A stretch of DNA of 37,674 bases, taken from contig JBFMAF010000014.1 in assembly GCA_040755995.1 (NCBI GenBank), positions 1-37,674 on the forward strand, read 5' to 3'. Below the pieces are notes generated by a model. That model searched no databases, was not told the origin of the DNA, and worked only from the letters and a program-made list of their open reading frames with translations. Source of the stretch: Acidobacteriota bacterium. GTDB lineage: Bacteria > Acidobacteriota > CAIWXX01. How positions within the stretch are numbered: position 1 is the stretch's first letter; every line of letters starts with the position of its first letter. The translations under genes were made by a program, and so were the position numbers. Below, one piece after another: positions 18,505 to 27,222 of the stretch.

Positions 18505-18866
18505 GCGGCGTCCAGTATCTGCTGGACGAGAATGTAGGCCCTGCTGTTCGTACCGCGCTGCTGGCACGCGAGCCATCCTTGACTGTATGGAGAGTCGGAA
18601 TGCCCGGTGCGCCACCTTACGGCACCAAGGACCCGGCGCTCCTCGCCTGGTGCGAGGACAACGGCTTCATCCTGGTGACAGAGAATCGGACTTCCATGCC
18701 TCGGCACCTCGGAGATCATCTGGCGTCCGGCCGACACGTGCCCGGTGTGTTGGTGCTCAGCCCGAAGCTGAGCGTCAGGGAGGCCGTCGATGAGTTGCTG
18801 CTGATTTCGGGTGCCACTAGGGAGGATGAACTGGTCGACAGGATCGTGCACGTGCCGGTCAGCTGA
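18501..18866 (+). CDS. DUF5615 family PIN-like protein (putative toxin)
   Basis: YLLDENV, GTKDPALLAWC...FILVTENR and HVPGVLVL. Translationally coupled to DUF433. Confidence 0.85.
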   Translation: MSGVQYLLDENVGPAVRTALLAREPSLTVWRVGMPGAPPYGTKDPALLAWCEDNGFILVTENRTSMPRHLGDHLASGRHVPGVLVLSPKLSVREAVDELLLISGATREDELVDRIVHVPVS

Positions 18867-18882
18867 TGGAATGCCACGGCGA

Positions 18883-19017
18883 CTACTCGTTGCGGAGTCC
18901 GCCCGATGAGTACCGGTGCCGCTCGATAACGGCCACCGTGCGATCTTCGCAGAGCTCGAATGCGGCTCCCACTCCCGCCGGACCGGATCCGTTGATCACG
19001 ACGTCATACTGCTTTAT
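18883..19017 (-). pseudogene. Truncated duplicate of the FAD oxidoreductase 5' end
   Basis: Start codon changed ATG to ATA, VVIIG to VVING, GLG to GVG. A TAG follows immediately where identity ends. Confidence 0.9.
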
Positions 19018-19120
19018 GCGTATCGATTGGGCCTACGGGCTGCTCCCATTATAGCGCGACTCGCGCAGGCCTGGTGCCCGTTCCCACAACTGCGCCTGCT
19101 CCTGCCCGCGCATACCGCCC
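18887..19120. repeat. 234-bp direct repeat, copy 2
   Basis: 97% identical to 17620-17853. Confidence 0.97.
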
Positions 19121-19198
19121 GTTCCGCCTCGGTGGGCGAATCGTGTACAATCACCGTCACTCAATGCAGTGCTGGTGAAGATCAGCGTGGGAGGAATG

Positions 19199-20899
19199 AT
19201 GAGACCGTTCAAGAGTTCGGCCGTCGAATCCGTGTGGATCGTTTTCGCTGCCGTCGCTCTCTGTCGACTGGCAACCGCCGGCGAACCGGCGTCGACCTCA
19301 CCCGGAGCCCGGGCCGACTCCATATTCGAGAAGTGGGATCGAAGTAATTCGCCGGGTTGTGCAGTGGCAGTCTACCGCGATGGGAAGATTATTTACGAAC
19401 GGGGCTATGGAATGGCGAATCTGGAGCTGGGCGTGCGCATCGGCCCGCAGACCGTGTTCGACGTCGGGTCGACATCAAAGCAGTTCACCTCCATGTCGAT
19501 ACTTCTCCTGAGTCGCGACGGCAAGCTGTCGCTTGATGACGACGTCCGCAAGTTCCTGCCGGAGATTCCGGACTACGGCGACCGCATCACGATCCGCCAC
19601 CTGCTGCACCACACGAGCGGTATTCGCGACTACCTGGAGCTGCTGATGCTGGAAGGATTCCGGGACGAGGATCTGACGGATGATGATGACGCGCTGAAGG
19701 TCATTGCGCGCCAGAGAGCCTTGAACTTCCGGCCCGGAGACGAGCACCTCTACAGCAACTCGGGCTACTTCCTCCTGTCCGTGATCGTCAAGCGCGTCTC
19801 CGGCAAGTCGCTGCGCGAGTTCGCGGAGGAGCGGATTTTCGGCCCGCTGGGCATGATCCACACGCAGGTCAACGACGATCATCAGCGGATCATACCCAAC
19901 CGGGCGACGGGCTACGATGAGCAGGAGGGGGGCGGGGGCTTCGCGATCTCGATGTCGGACTACGAACAGACCGGGGATGGAGCGGTCCTGACGTCGGTGG
20001 AAGACCTGCTGCTCTGGGACCGCAACTTCTACGAGCCGATCGTGGGGGACAGGGCGCTCATTGACGAGATGCTTGCGCCCGGCAAGCTGAACAGTGGCGA
20101 GGTGCTCGAGTACGCTAAGGGACTGGCGGTCGATGAGTACCGCGGTCTGAAGACCGTGAGCCACGGTGGGGCATGGGCGGGGTACCGTGCCGAGCTGCTC
20201 CGGTTCCCAGAGCAGAAGCTGTCCGTCGCTTGCCTGTGCAACTTCGGATCGACGGACCCCGAAGCGATGGCGCAGAAGGTGGCCGAGGTCTACCTGGGGG
20301 AGCAGATGAAGCCCATGGAGGAGAGCGGTGAGGCAACAGGCAAGCCGGCTGTCACGCTCAGCCCCGCCGACCTGAGCAAGCTCGCCGGCGCATACAGGAA
20401 CCCAAAGACGGGCACAGTGTGGATGCTCACCGTCGAGGACGGCGTTCTGCAGGTGGACACAGGCTCGTTCAACTTCCGGCTGGTGCCGGCCAGCCCGTCC
20501 GAGTTCCGTGCCCAAGACGCTCCCGTTGAGATCGACGTCGCATTCGTGGCAGCTGCGACTGGGCAGCGCCCACAGATGGTCGTGCAGCCGGCGGGAAGGG
20601 ACAAGCGCTTCTTCGATCCGCTCGACCCATGGGCGCCCACCGCGGCTGCGCTCGCGCAGTTCGCCGGGAGCTACTCGAGCGATGAGATAGGCACTGCGTT
20701 CCGGTTCGAGGTGGCGGATGGCAAGCTGTACCTCCGGCATCGGACCCTGCCCGATCGTCCGCTGCGGCCGACCACGGTCGATGGATTCAACCTCGGGCCC
20801 CTGAGCTTCACCTTCACCCGCGACTCAAAGAAGCGCGCCGACGGATTCTCGCTGAGCATGGGGCGGGTGAAGAACATAACGTTCAGGCGGGCGCTTTGA
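19199..20899 (+). CDS. Secreted serine hydrolase, beta-lactamase class C/D-aminopeptidase-like, with C-terminal beta-rich domains
   Basis: Signal-peptide-like N-terminus, SxxK (GSTSKQF), LLHHTSG, YSN and HGG. GGGAGG RBS; TACAAT at 19146-19151. Confidence 0.9.
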   Translation: MRPFKSSAVESVWIVFAAVALCRLATAGEPASTSPGARADSIFEKWDRSNSPGCAVAVYRDGKIIYERGYGMANLELGVRIGPQTVFDVGSTSKQFTSMSILLLSRDGKLSLDDDVRKFLPEIPDYGDRITIRHLLHHTSGIRDYLELLMLEGFRDEDLTDDDDALKVIARQRALNFRPGDEHLYSNSGYFLLSVIVKRVSGKSLREFAEERIFGPLGMIHTQVNDDHQRIIPNRATGYDEQEGGGGFAISMSDYEQTGDGAVLTSVEDLLLWDRNFYEPIVGDRALIDEMLAPGKLNSGEVLEYAKGLAVDEYRGLKTVSHGGAWAGYRAELLRFPEQKLSVACLCNFGSTDPEAMAQKVAEVYLGEQMKPMEESGEATGKPAVTLSPADLSKLAGAYRNPKTGTVWMLTVEDGVLQVDTGSFNFRLVPASPSEFRAQDAPVEIDVAFVAAATGQRPQMVVQPAGRDKRFFDPLDPWAPTAAALAQFAGSYSSDEIGTAFRFEVADGKLYLRHRTLPDRPLRPTTVDGFNLGPLSFTFTRDSKKRADGFSLSMGRVKNITFRRAL

Positions 20900-21115
20900 T
20901 GTGGACGTGAGGCGTGATGCCCAGATTCACATCTGCCGCCATCGGCACGCACACCTTCTCCACACGTCAGGCGTTTGCCGGCGCTTGTACCCTCCCGGGC
21001 GCCTCTTCCGCAACCACAGATGAGCGATCCTGATGTCGGTCTCAGGACGCGCTGCTGGCGGCATGCGGCTGGTGGAGCGTGGTACAATAATGCGAGTGGA
21101 TTGGAGGAGCCGGCA

Positions 21116-21751
21116 GTGAGCGAGACGTCCGCTCGGAGCGTGACACGCGATGCGCCAGGAAGCGCAGCTCGTTTGACGATTTGCATGCACCCTGGCCTTG
21201 TCCTGAGCGATGAGGAGTTCTTCCAGCTTTGCCGGCTCAACCGAGACCTGCGCTTCGAGCGCACAGCGGAAGGAGATGTCATAGTCATGTCGCCGACGGG
21301 GGCACAGAGCGGAAGCCGCAATGCCGAGATCACGCGGCAGGTCGCCAACTGGGCAAAGCGAGACGGCGCTGGCGTGGTATTCGACTCCTCGACAGGCTTC
21401 AGACTTCCGAATGGCGCCGACAGATCGCCCGACACGGCCTGGCTCAGACGCGAACGTCTCACGCCTTTGTCGCCCGAAGAGCGCCGGCGGTTTCTGCCGT
21501 TGTGCCCGGATTTCGTTGTCGAGCTAGTCTCGCCGACCGACGCGCTGGAGGACTTGCAGGCCAAGATGGAAGAGTACATGGCCAATGGCGCCGGGCTGGG
21601 GTGGCTCATCGATCCTGACCGGCGCCGCGTGCACATCTATCGTCCAGGGAAGCCGACCGACGTGCTTGCAGATCCGGCCGAGGTATCGGCGCATCCTGAA
21701 CTGCCCGGTCTTGTGCTCGACACAGCGGGCATCTGGGAGCCGGGCATCTGA
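21116..21751 (+). CDS. Uma2 (DUF820) family PD-(D/E)xK endonuclease-like protein
   Basis: RFERTAEGDVIVMSP, FDSSTGFRLPNGADRSPD, CPDFVVELVSP and KMEEYMANGAGLGWLIDP. GGAGGAG RBS before GTG 21116. Confidence 0.92.
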   Translation: MSETSARSVTRDAPGSAARLTICMHPGLVLSDEEFFQLCRLNRDLRFERTAEGDVIVMSPTGAQSGSRNAEITRQVANWAKRDGAGVVFDSSTGFRLPNGADRSPDTAWLRRERLTPLSPEERRRFLPLCPDFVVELVSPTDALEDLQAKMEEYMANGAGLGWLIDPDRRRVHIYRPGKPTDVLADPAEVSAHPELPGLVLDTAGIWEPGI

Positions 21752-21903
21752 ATGAAGCGAGATCTCTGGAGGTGATAGCTCCCGTATGCCGTCACGACAG
21801 GGCGCGAACAGGGTGCGCCGGCCGCCGTGCTTGGTGACGGGAAAGGCGCTCTTCAGGAGATGCTACGGGCGATTAGTATATGTAAGACGATGGGGGCCAA
21901 ACG

Positions 21904-23283
21904 ATGATAACTCCTAATTCCATCATGGGTCCGTGTTTGATCATACTCTTGTGTCAACCGGCGGTTATGGATGCCCAATCTGTGGATTCCAGCTTGGAGG
22001 TGAGTCCGCAACTTGCGGACAAGTCTCGGCTATCCACTGTTACTTGGGGGCTGGGGCTGGACTGGGATGTGGGCATTGCGGCAATGGTTGAAGGACCTAG
22101 CGGCAGCGTGGTGTTGGCCGGCACGGTCTACACGAATGCTCGAAGCACGGATGGGTTGATCATGCAGGTCAGCAGTGCAGGGCAGACTCTTGGAACTGCG
22201 CACATCGGTCGGTCCGATCAAGACAATCTCTATCAACTCATTCGGACATCAGACGGTGGATATCTGGCCGCCGGGTCGATGCGTTCTGTTGTCGCCACGG
22301 GCTACGTCCATGATCCATGGATCTTGAAACTGGATCGGCAGTTGCTGGTCCAGTGGCAATACATTTACCGGACTGCGGGCGACGCCTGGGTCGCGGCTCT
22401 TGCCCAGTTGTCCGATGGCAAGTACCAGGTGGTTGGGACGAGGACAGAAAACGGGGCAACCCACTCGTGGCTGCTGAGGCTGGACAAGACAGGCGGCATT
22501 CGCATCCAGAAGGAATATGCCTGTGAGAAGATGAGCACCTTGGCGCGCGCGGCGATCTTCCCCGACGGCGGGTGCATCTATCTCTCAACGAGCTGGCCGT
22601 ACGATGACAAGAACCACCCTGTAGCAGCAATAAGAACCGATGCTGCATGCGATGTCGCATGGGCCAAAGAGTACACCGGCGGCAACCACTGTGAGCCGGA
22701 GGACGTCTTCCCGACTGCATCCGGGGGCTTTGCATGCACGGGCGGAGGCGGAGCGTATACCCCGAGGAAATGGTGGTTCGTAGAAACCGATGCCCGTGGG
22801 GCGATACTTCGCCAGTACCAGTACACCGGGGAGGATCCACTGACCCGCCCATCGTTCTGCCCAGCGACGGATGGCGGATGGCTGATGGGTGGGGTCTATG
22901 ACATTGTCTTCGATGGGACAGACAACCTGAGATTGCTGAAGATCAAAGCCGATGGCAAACCCGATTGGGCGAAATACTTTGTCGGTGCTGCCGAGCAACC
23001 CCGTCAAATGCTGCCTATGAAATCAGGAGCCTGGACAATCGGAACATTTCAGGCGAGCATCGACGGCGGGAGGGCCGGGCTGTATAGATTCTCATCCTCA
23101 CTCGACCCGTGTGCCATATACGAGCCCCAGAGCTGGACCGTCGGGACGAAGAAACTCAAGCTGAAGTCTCGGGCTATCGACGTAACCGCAACTGATGGCG
23201 CCTTTCAGAGACTGGACGCGAATGGCACGACGAGCGCGATGACACTGGAGACTGAGGATATGTGCGTTTGGAATCGCCGTTGA
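21904..23283 (+). CDS. Secreted repeat protein, probable beta-propeller
   Basis: Hydrophobic N-terminus, then about 7 roughly 50-aa repeats of the form W...Y.G...D......T.DGG.L..G....W.LKLD..G. Visibly more AT-rich than its neighbours. Confidence 0.7.
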   Translation: MITPNSIMGPCLIILLCQPAVMDAQSVDSSLEVSPQLADKSRLSTVTWGLGLDWDVGIAAMVEGPSGSVVLAGTVYTNARSTDGLIMQVSSAGQTLGTAHIGRSDQDNLYQLIRTSDGGYLAAGSMRSVVATGYVHDPWILKLDRQLLVQWQYIYRTAGDAWVAALAQLSDGKYQVVGTRTENGATHSWLLRLDKTGGIRIQKEYACEKMSTLARAAIFPDGGCIYLSTSWPYDDKNHPVAAIRTDAACDVAWAKEYTGGNHCEPEDVFPTASGGFACTGGGGAYTPRKWWFVETDARGAILRQYQYTGEDPLTRPSFCPATDGGWLMGGVYDIVFDGTDNLRLLKIKADGKPDWAKYFVGAAEQPRQMLPMKSGAWTIGTFQASIDGGRAGLYRFSSSLDPCAIYEPQSWTVGTKKLKLKSRAIDVTATDGAFQRLDANGTTSAMTLETEDMCVWNRR

Positions 23284-23341
23284 GTCGAAGCGGGACTGTA
23301 GGGCAGTGCGTGATCATTCACCAGGCGAGGGGCAAGGGTAA

Positions 23342-23587
23342 CGTCTCGTTGACGCTTCGCGCGACGCTCTGCCAGACTCGGGGGACGAAGGTCCCCCCAA
23401 TAAGGCGGACTGGAATGGATTCGACATCTCTCTCGCGGATCCCGACAGATACGCGGCCTTCCAGTGTGATGAGGCAGTGTACCATGACGATGTCGAGGAT
23501 TACGGGACCAACGAGCCGACCCTGGACGCGGATGCGCAGGGACTCGCCATGATCGCCTGGCTGCACGGATCCCTCAACGCCCGATGA
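23342..23587 (+). pseudogene. 3'-terminal fragment of a glycoside hydrolase family 9 gene
   Basis: Not in the ORF track. The frame between TAA 23339 and TGA 23585 has no usable start upstream of the motif. It reads ...EGPPNKADWNGFDISLADPDRYAAFQCDEAVYHDDVEDYGTNEPTLDADAQGLAMIAWL..., matching the GH9 C-terminal GP...Y.D...Y..NE...D motif. Confidence 0.7.
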
Positions 23588-23632
23588 GGGACACACGCCG
23601 GGTCGCCGGCGTCCATTCTGGCCGCGCGACGT

Positions 23633-23648
23633 TACTACATATGTAGTA
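23633..23648. promoter_or_regulatory. Perfect 16-bp palindrome, BlaI/MecI/CopY-type operator
   Basis: TACTACATATGTAGTA. The core TACAnnTGTA is the known BlaI/MecI/CopY box. Confidence 0.55.
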
Positions 23649-24139
23649 TTCCAGCGCCTGCCCCTTAGCGGAGCCACAGCGTTCTCTGGTTCGGAATCCA
23701 GAGCTGCGGAGAGCGAATCACGCGCGGTGTGCTATTCCTGATGATCGTAGTCGTCCGACAGGACTGCTGGACACTGTCTCACGGCAGGTCGTCGTCCTGG
23801 ATGAGGGTTGGGCGTCTCGACGGCCATTGTGAATGTCCTGGCGGCGTAGTGGCAGGAAAGACGAAGTGCGCGAACCTCTATCTCCTGCTCGAAGCGGATT
23901 CGACACCAGTCAGCGAGGGGGCAGGTTCATGAGGACGCCGATCACTTGTGGAGAGACCGGGAGTTCCGCAGCATCGCCCGGCCGGCTGGCGCGCCGCCCG
24001 AGCGATCAGCCCTGGTTCGTCGACTGAGGCGGGAGCTTCACCCCAGGCGAAACCTCCTCTTCGTCTCAACGTATTCTACCGCAGCGGGGGGGACAGCGAA
24101 TGGAGAGAACGGAGCGGGCAGTGAGAACAATTCGGCTGG

Positions 24140-24352
24140 CTGCAGGCCGACGAACGGTTTCTCCAGCATGATGCGCTGGTTGAGAAGCCACCGGACATGC
24201 GTGCCCAGCTCTTTCCTTGGGAGACCAGTGTACCTGTCCAGGATGGCCTTGCGCAGGCTCTTGAGCGCAGGGTACAGCTCCATCTCCGTCCGTCCCGTGC
24301 CGCGCAGGCGGAGGACCGGAACAGGCTCCGGATCGGGAGCCAGAGGGACCTT
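24140..24352 (-). pseudogene. Probable internal fragment of a larger hypothetical protein
   Basis: Protein-like stretch KVPLAPDPEPVPVLRLRGTGRTEMELYPALKSLRKAILDRYTGLPRKELGTHVRWLL...FVGLQ, flanked by low-complexity translation, with no clear RBS or start. Confidence 0.4.
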
Positions 24353-24404
24353 TGGCGCTGGGGCAGCGGCGGCAGCTCGAGCCGCCACGGACCCGGATGC
24401 CGCC

Positions 24405-25337
24405 CTATGCGTAGGCGGACAGTCTGTCTCGTCGCCGGCGCAACTCGCTCGCATAGCTGCGGCCGATTGTGTCGGCGTGTCGCCTGGCCCAGTCGGTCAG
24501 CTTCGTCCGGCCGGCGGGAGGAGACGAGGTATAGAGGAGGTCCAGCATGAGACCTTCGATCTCCTCTCGAGTTACCACGACATCGCGCAGGATCTTTCCG
24601 CAAATCCACCCGACCATGTAGCCTACCGGCGGCGGTACGGAGATGATCCACCTGCGGACGCGGATGATCTCTGCGATGCTGCTCACCAATTCGCGGTAGG
24701 TGAACCTCTCCGGCCCGATCGCATCGATGATCCGGCTGTCCCGGTTCGCTCCCTGCTCTACGGCGAGCTCGGCCAGGTCGTCCACGTAGATCGGCTGCAG
24801 ACGGTATGTGCCGTCACCGAACACCCCGAACACCGGGAAACGCCGGAGCATCCACGCGATGTTGTTGATGAGAATATCCTCCGCCCCGAAGAGCACCGCC
24901 GGCCTGAGTATCGCGTAGGGGATGCCCGAGTTGATCAGGGCCTTCTCGAGAACGGCTTTGCCCTTGAAATATGGAAGATGCGAATCCTCCGATGGGTTGG
25001 TGATGCTGACGTGAACGACCCGCGTCACACCCGCAGTTCTGGCGGCGTCGAAGAGCTTTAGCGTGTTCTCGACTGCCATCGAGTGAGTGAAATCGCGATG
25101 ATCGAACCGTACCCAGTACGTGTTGTACAGTACGGCCGCGCCGGCCAATGACGCAACCAGTCTCTGCTTGTCGTCGAAGTTGAAAGGGTGCGCTTCGATC
25201 CGGCCGCCGAACGAGTTCTGCCGGCTGATCGAGTTCGTCAGCGTGCGCACACGGTGACCTCTCTCCAAGAGCCGCGCAGCGACGTACCTTCCGGAGTAGC
25301 CAAACGCACCGGTCACGACGTCAAACTCACCTGCCAT
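24405..25337 (-). CDS. NAD(P)-dependent epimerase/dehydratase (atypical SDR)
   Basis: VTGAFGYSG, YxxxK (YFKGK), ILRPAVLFG and LQPIYVDDLA. GGAGG RBS. Confidence 0.88.
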   Translation of the reverse strand: MAGEFDVVTGAFGYSGRYVAARLLERGHRVRTLTNSISRQNSFGGRIEAHPFNFDDKQRLVASLAGAAVLYNTYWVRFDHRDFTHSMAVENTLKLFDAARTAGVTRVVHVSITNPSEDSHLPYFKGKAVLEKALINSGIPYAILRPAVLFGAEDILINNIAWMLRRFPVFGVFGDGTYRLQPIYVDDLAELAVEQGANRDSRIIDAIGPERFTYRELVSSIAEIIRVRRWIISVPPPVGYMVGWICGKILRDVVVTREEIEGLMLDLLYTSSPPAGRTKLTDWARRHADTIGRSYASELRRRRDRLSAYA

Positions 25338-25514
25338 GCCCGCACCTCCGCAGCTTCCTCATGATATGCCGCTGGGTTCAGCATTGTACAGTCGCTCCGT
25401 AGTTTCTGGGGCCCCAGGAAGGCTGGGCAGACTGCGCATTCGGCCTGCCCCGCTGCTCCTTCCCCCAGTGTGACCTCTACTATACAATCTGGGCTTGCTG
25501 AGCGTGGTGGAAAG

Positions 25515-26450
25515 ATGACGGTGGTTCGGGCGGTCGCGCGAAGAACGTCGCTCTATCTCCAGCTCACCAAGGCGGGCCTCGCAGCCCTCGTCGTCGCGAC
25601 TACGGTCGTGGGGTTCGTGGTCGCATCCGACGGGCCGCTCGACCTTCCGCGCCTGCTCTGGACCGTGCTGGGCACGGCTCTGGCAGCAGGAGGATCGCTG
25701 GCGCTGAACCAGTGGCTCGAGGTCGAGCCGGACGGGCGCATGGAACGCACGCGTGCCCGGCCGCTGCCGTCTCGCGCGCTGGAACGGCGCGAGGGGCTGG
25801 TGTTGGCGATCGCGCTGGCAGGTTCCGGAGTCATGCTGCTGGCGTGGAGGGTCAACCGACTGGCCGCGGCCCTCGCCTTCGCGGTCATACTCACCTACGC
25901 AGTCGTCTACACGCCCCTGAAGCCGCGCACCTCCCTCTGCACACTCGTGGGTGCGGTGTGTGGAGCGATTCCGCCGATGATTGGTTCGGCAGGAGCCTCG
26001 GGCAGGCTGGGCGCGGGAGCCTGGATACTCGCGTCGATCCTTTTCATCTGGCAGGTGCCTCACTTCCTGTCGCTGGCGTGGCTCTATCGAGAGGATTATG
26101 CACGCGGAGGATTCCGAGTCCTTCCAGTAGTAGAGCCATCGGGCCGGGTCGCCTTCCAGGCCATCGTGCTCTACACGCTCGCGCTCATACCCGTGACACT
26201 CGGCCTTTCCATCGCGGGCGCAGCAGGTCCTCTGTACACGGGAGGCTCGGTCGTCCTCGGCGCATTGCTCGCTTTCGCAGCGGTCGAGTTCTTTCGCCTC
26301 CAGTCGAATGCCAGCGCGCGGCGCTTGTTCGCGGGCAGCATCGTCTATATGGCACTCCTCCTCGCCCTTGTCGTGAGCGACCGGCTGCGGCATACCACAC
26401 CGGGTTCTCCAGGCACGCGCGCGGAAGCCTCAGCACGACTGGCAGAATGA
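25515..26450 (+). CDS. cyoE: Protoheme IX farnesyltransferase (heme o synthase)
   Basis: YLQLTK, NQWLE.E.D.RMERTRARPLP, YTPLK, GAIPPMIG, WQVPHF and YREDYARGG. Polytopic membrane protein. Confidence 0.92.
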   Translation: MTVVRAVARRTSLYLQLTKAGLAALVVATTVVGFVVASDGPLDLPRLLWTVLGTALAAGGSLALNQWLEVEPDGRMERTRARPLPSRALERREGLVLAIALAGSGVMLLAWRVNRLAAALAFAVILTYAVVYTPLKPRTSLCTLVGAVCGAIPPMIGSAGASGRLGAGAWILASILFIWQVPHFLSLAWLYREDYARGGFRVLPVVEPSGRVAFQAIVLYTLALIPVTLGLSIAGAAGPLYTGGSVVLGALLAFAAVEFFRLQSNASARRLFAGSIVYMALLLALVVSDRLRHTTPGSPGTRAEASARLAE

Positions 26451-27007
26451 TCGACCCGTTCCTCAGCCTCTTCATTTCGGAGCGAGTCGAGCGCTGGGTG
26501 CTGGCCGACCGCAAGGCAGATGCCGAACGGACTTCTGACGGCACGGGGTGGGTAGTGCGCTACGGCAGGCGTACGAGATTGCTCTGGGCCGCTCTCACGG
26601 CGTTCTTCGGACTGGCCGTGGCGTTCGGGATCGTCGCGCGCATGTTCGACAAGAACATGGGTACGGCTCTCACGATCGCGTACCTGGCCCTGTTCGGCAC
26701 GTGCTGCATCTGTTCATTCATCGCCCTCATCAATGCTCACACCAGGCAGGTGCTGGTGTATCACTGGGGACTGATCGCTCGATCGTTCTGGCGGGAGCGG
26801 TTCAGGGCATCCTGGAGCGAGATCGCCGAGATCAGCCATTCACCATCCGTCGAGTGCGTGCGGATGACGACAATCTCGGGCCGCCGCGTTCGCATCTCTC
26901 TCCGTCTCAGTGGCCTTGGCCGCCTGCGGGACCACATCGAGCGATACGCACCGCATCTCGCCGCTCAGAGCTCCGTCCGCGCCCTCCCGATGCTTCCTGG
27001 TCGCTGA
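26447..27007 (+). CDS. Hypothetical membrane protein (2 TM plus a PH-like beta domain)
   Basis: ATGA overlap with cyoE. Two hydrophobic helices followed by ...FRASWSEIAEISH... Confidence 0.6.
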   Translation: MIDPFLSLFISERVERWVLADRKADAERTSDGTGWVVRYGRRTRLLWAALTAFFGLAVAFGIVARMFDKNMGTALTIAYLALFGTCCICSFIALINAHTRQVLVYHWGLIARSFWRERFRASWSEIAEISHSPSVECVRMTTISGRRVRISLRLSGLGRLRDHIERYAPHLAAQSSVRALPMLPGR

Positions 27008-27168
27008 CGGCCGCCTGTCACCCGGCGTCCAGCGAGCTCCCCACCCTAGGGCCGTCAAGGGCCAGCCTGCGTCGATCACTGGAGATCTCCCGCGAGCATG
27101 CCCGCTGCGCTCGCTTGCATCCCCAGCCGTCGTGTGTCCTGTGGGTTCGCCCTGCGTTCGCCGCGGGC

Positions 27169-27198
27169 TTGACCGGCGGTCACGCACCCGGTTAGAGT
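27169..27198 (+). promoter_or_regulatory. Possible sigma70 promoter for the DUF2891 gene
   Basis: TTGACC-N18-TAGAGT, 24 bp upstream of the ATG. Confidence 0.4.
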
Positions 27199-27222
27199 CT
27201 GGGCCATCCCGAGGTGGTTACT

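Noticed and set aside
17620..19120. Possible DGR template/variable repeat pair or CRISPR-like repeat
   Set aside because: Mismatches are not confined to adenines, the repeat covers a 5' end and promoter, no reverse transcriptase is present, and there are only two copies.
17649..19347. Paired plus-strand ORFs starting MPLDNGHRAIF (17649 and 18916)
   Set aside because: Antisense translations of the 234-bp repeat, not paralogous genes.
23650..24040. Several 60-70 aa ORFs on both strands
   Set aside because: No RBS, motif or consistent coding signal in any frame I read.
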